From a virus: DNA of 5,449 nt. The DNA lies in the IMG/VR virus record IMGVR_UViG_3300007153_000001, positions 1 through 5,449 of that record. One strand, 5' to 3'. Below the pieces are notes generated by a model. The model was not told where the DNA came from. It worked only from the letters and a program-made list of their open reading frames with translations, and did not search any database. The position numbers and the translations under genes were made by a program. Positions 4,943-5,449 of the stretch are shown here, piece by piece. How positions within the stretch are numbered: the stretch's first letter is position 1; each line of letters begins with the position of its first letter.

Positions 4943-5449
4943 AATAGTGGCCCTGTAGTTTCGCCTTAGCCGCACCGGAAAGGATTTCCGGCACGTCAAA
5001 GGCGATAGATTATTTAACAAGTTGACGTAGTGAGTTAAGTAGTTGAAGAGTACCGGAGGCAGAGCCACCGGATTGGTTGATAAGGTTATTCCAATATTGT
5101 TGATCTTGAATAGATATGTCTCCTTTCACTTTAAGTTCACGGAAGACTTGTTTTAGATTTTCAGTAGTTTGTTTAACTTGAGCAGTTTGGGCATCAGTAA
5201 GTTTGCCAGTTTTAGGAATATTATCGCGAAGCTCTTTGAGGTTTTGAATTTCAGTAGCAATTTTAAGAGATTGGTCACGGTTAAGCCGTGCCCTGGTAGC
5301 GTTGAGATCGATGTTGGATTTAGCCACATCGGTTTGAGCGCCTGTAAGTTCAGTATCGGCGCGAGTTTTAACAGTTTGAGCAGAGGTTAACGCGGTTTGC
5401 GCAGTACTGAGATAGTTCGTCTGAGCGTTGGTATTGAGCGCGTTTGCCA
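4612..5449. repeat. Right copy of the terminal redundancy, matching 1..838.
   Basis: Same comparison as for 1..838. The copy runs to the last base of the window, so the repeat length is set by the window or contig edge and not by biology. Confidence 0.96.
5010..5449 (-). CDS. VP2: VP2 truncated duplicate, C-terminal ~146 codons. The 5' end lies beyond the window end.
   Basis: Matches 399..838. The 105-aa track ORF at 5010..5327 is the same reading frame started at an internal Met. Confidence 0.9.
   Translation of the reverse strand, partial: ANALNTNAQTNYLSTAQTALTSAQTVKTRADTELTGAQTDVAKSNIDLNATRARLNRDQSLKIATEIQNLKELRDNIPKTGKLTDAQTAQVKQTTENLKQVFRELKVKGDISIQDQQYWNNLINQSGGSASGTLQLLNSLRQLVK

Noticed and set aside
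5010-5327. The 105-aa ORF looked like a separate gene.
   Set aside because: It matches the C-terminus of VP2 (399..716). It is the same frame started at an internal Met within the duplicated segment.
1-5449. I looked for a CRISPR array, tRNA or other structured RNA genes, an integrase or transposase, and toxin-antitoxin or defence genes.
   Set aside because: No short spaced repeats or cloverleaf-like segments were noticed. All coding capacity is accounted for by the six microvirus genes.

Overview
The window holds one complete, circularly permuted genome of a small ssDNA phage, family Microviridae, Gokushovirinae-like. It is shown as the reverse complement of its coding strand. Bases 1..838 match 4612..5449 wherever I compared them by eye, so the non-redundant unit is 4611 nt and the repeat most likely comes from assembling or reading a circle or concatemer past its start. 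All credible genes are on the minus strand and tightly packed. In viral sense the order is ORF8-like basic DNA-binding peptide (4327..4211, 38 aa, too short for the ORF track), VP4 HUH replication initiator (4210..3275), VP5-like small protein (3282..3007), VP1 major capsid (3010..1424), VP2 pilot/minor capsid (1415..399), then VP3 internal scaffold (4942..4475, also present as a truncated copy at 331..1). This is the canonical gokushovirus gene order. There is no phiX-type external scaffold (D), spike (G) or recognisable lysis gene, and no integrase, tRNA or CRISPR array. The only sizeable non-coding stretch, 4328..4474, carries a GC palindrome, two adjacent stem-loops, promoter-like hexamers and a weak dif-like half-site. 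Speculative items are two overprinted hydrophobic ORFs as lysis-gene candidates and a possible XerCD route to lysogeny. All protein family calls rest on remembered motifs, because no searches could be run. I see a fairly ordinary microvirus with a few unannotated details, not a clearly novel system.
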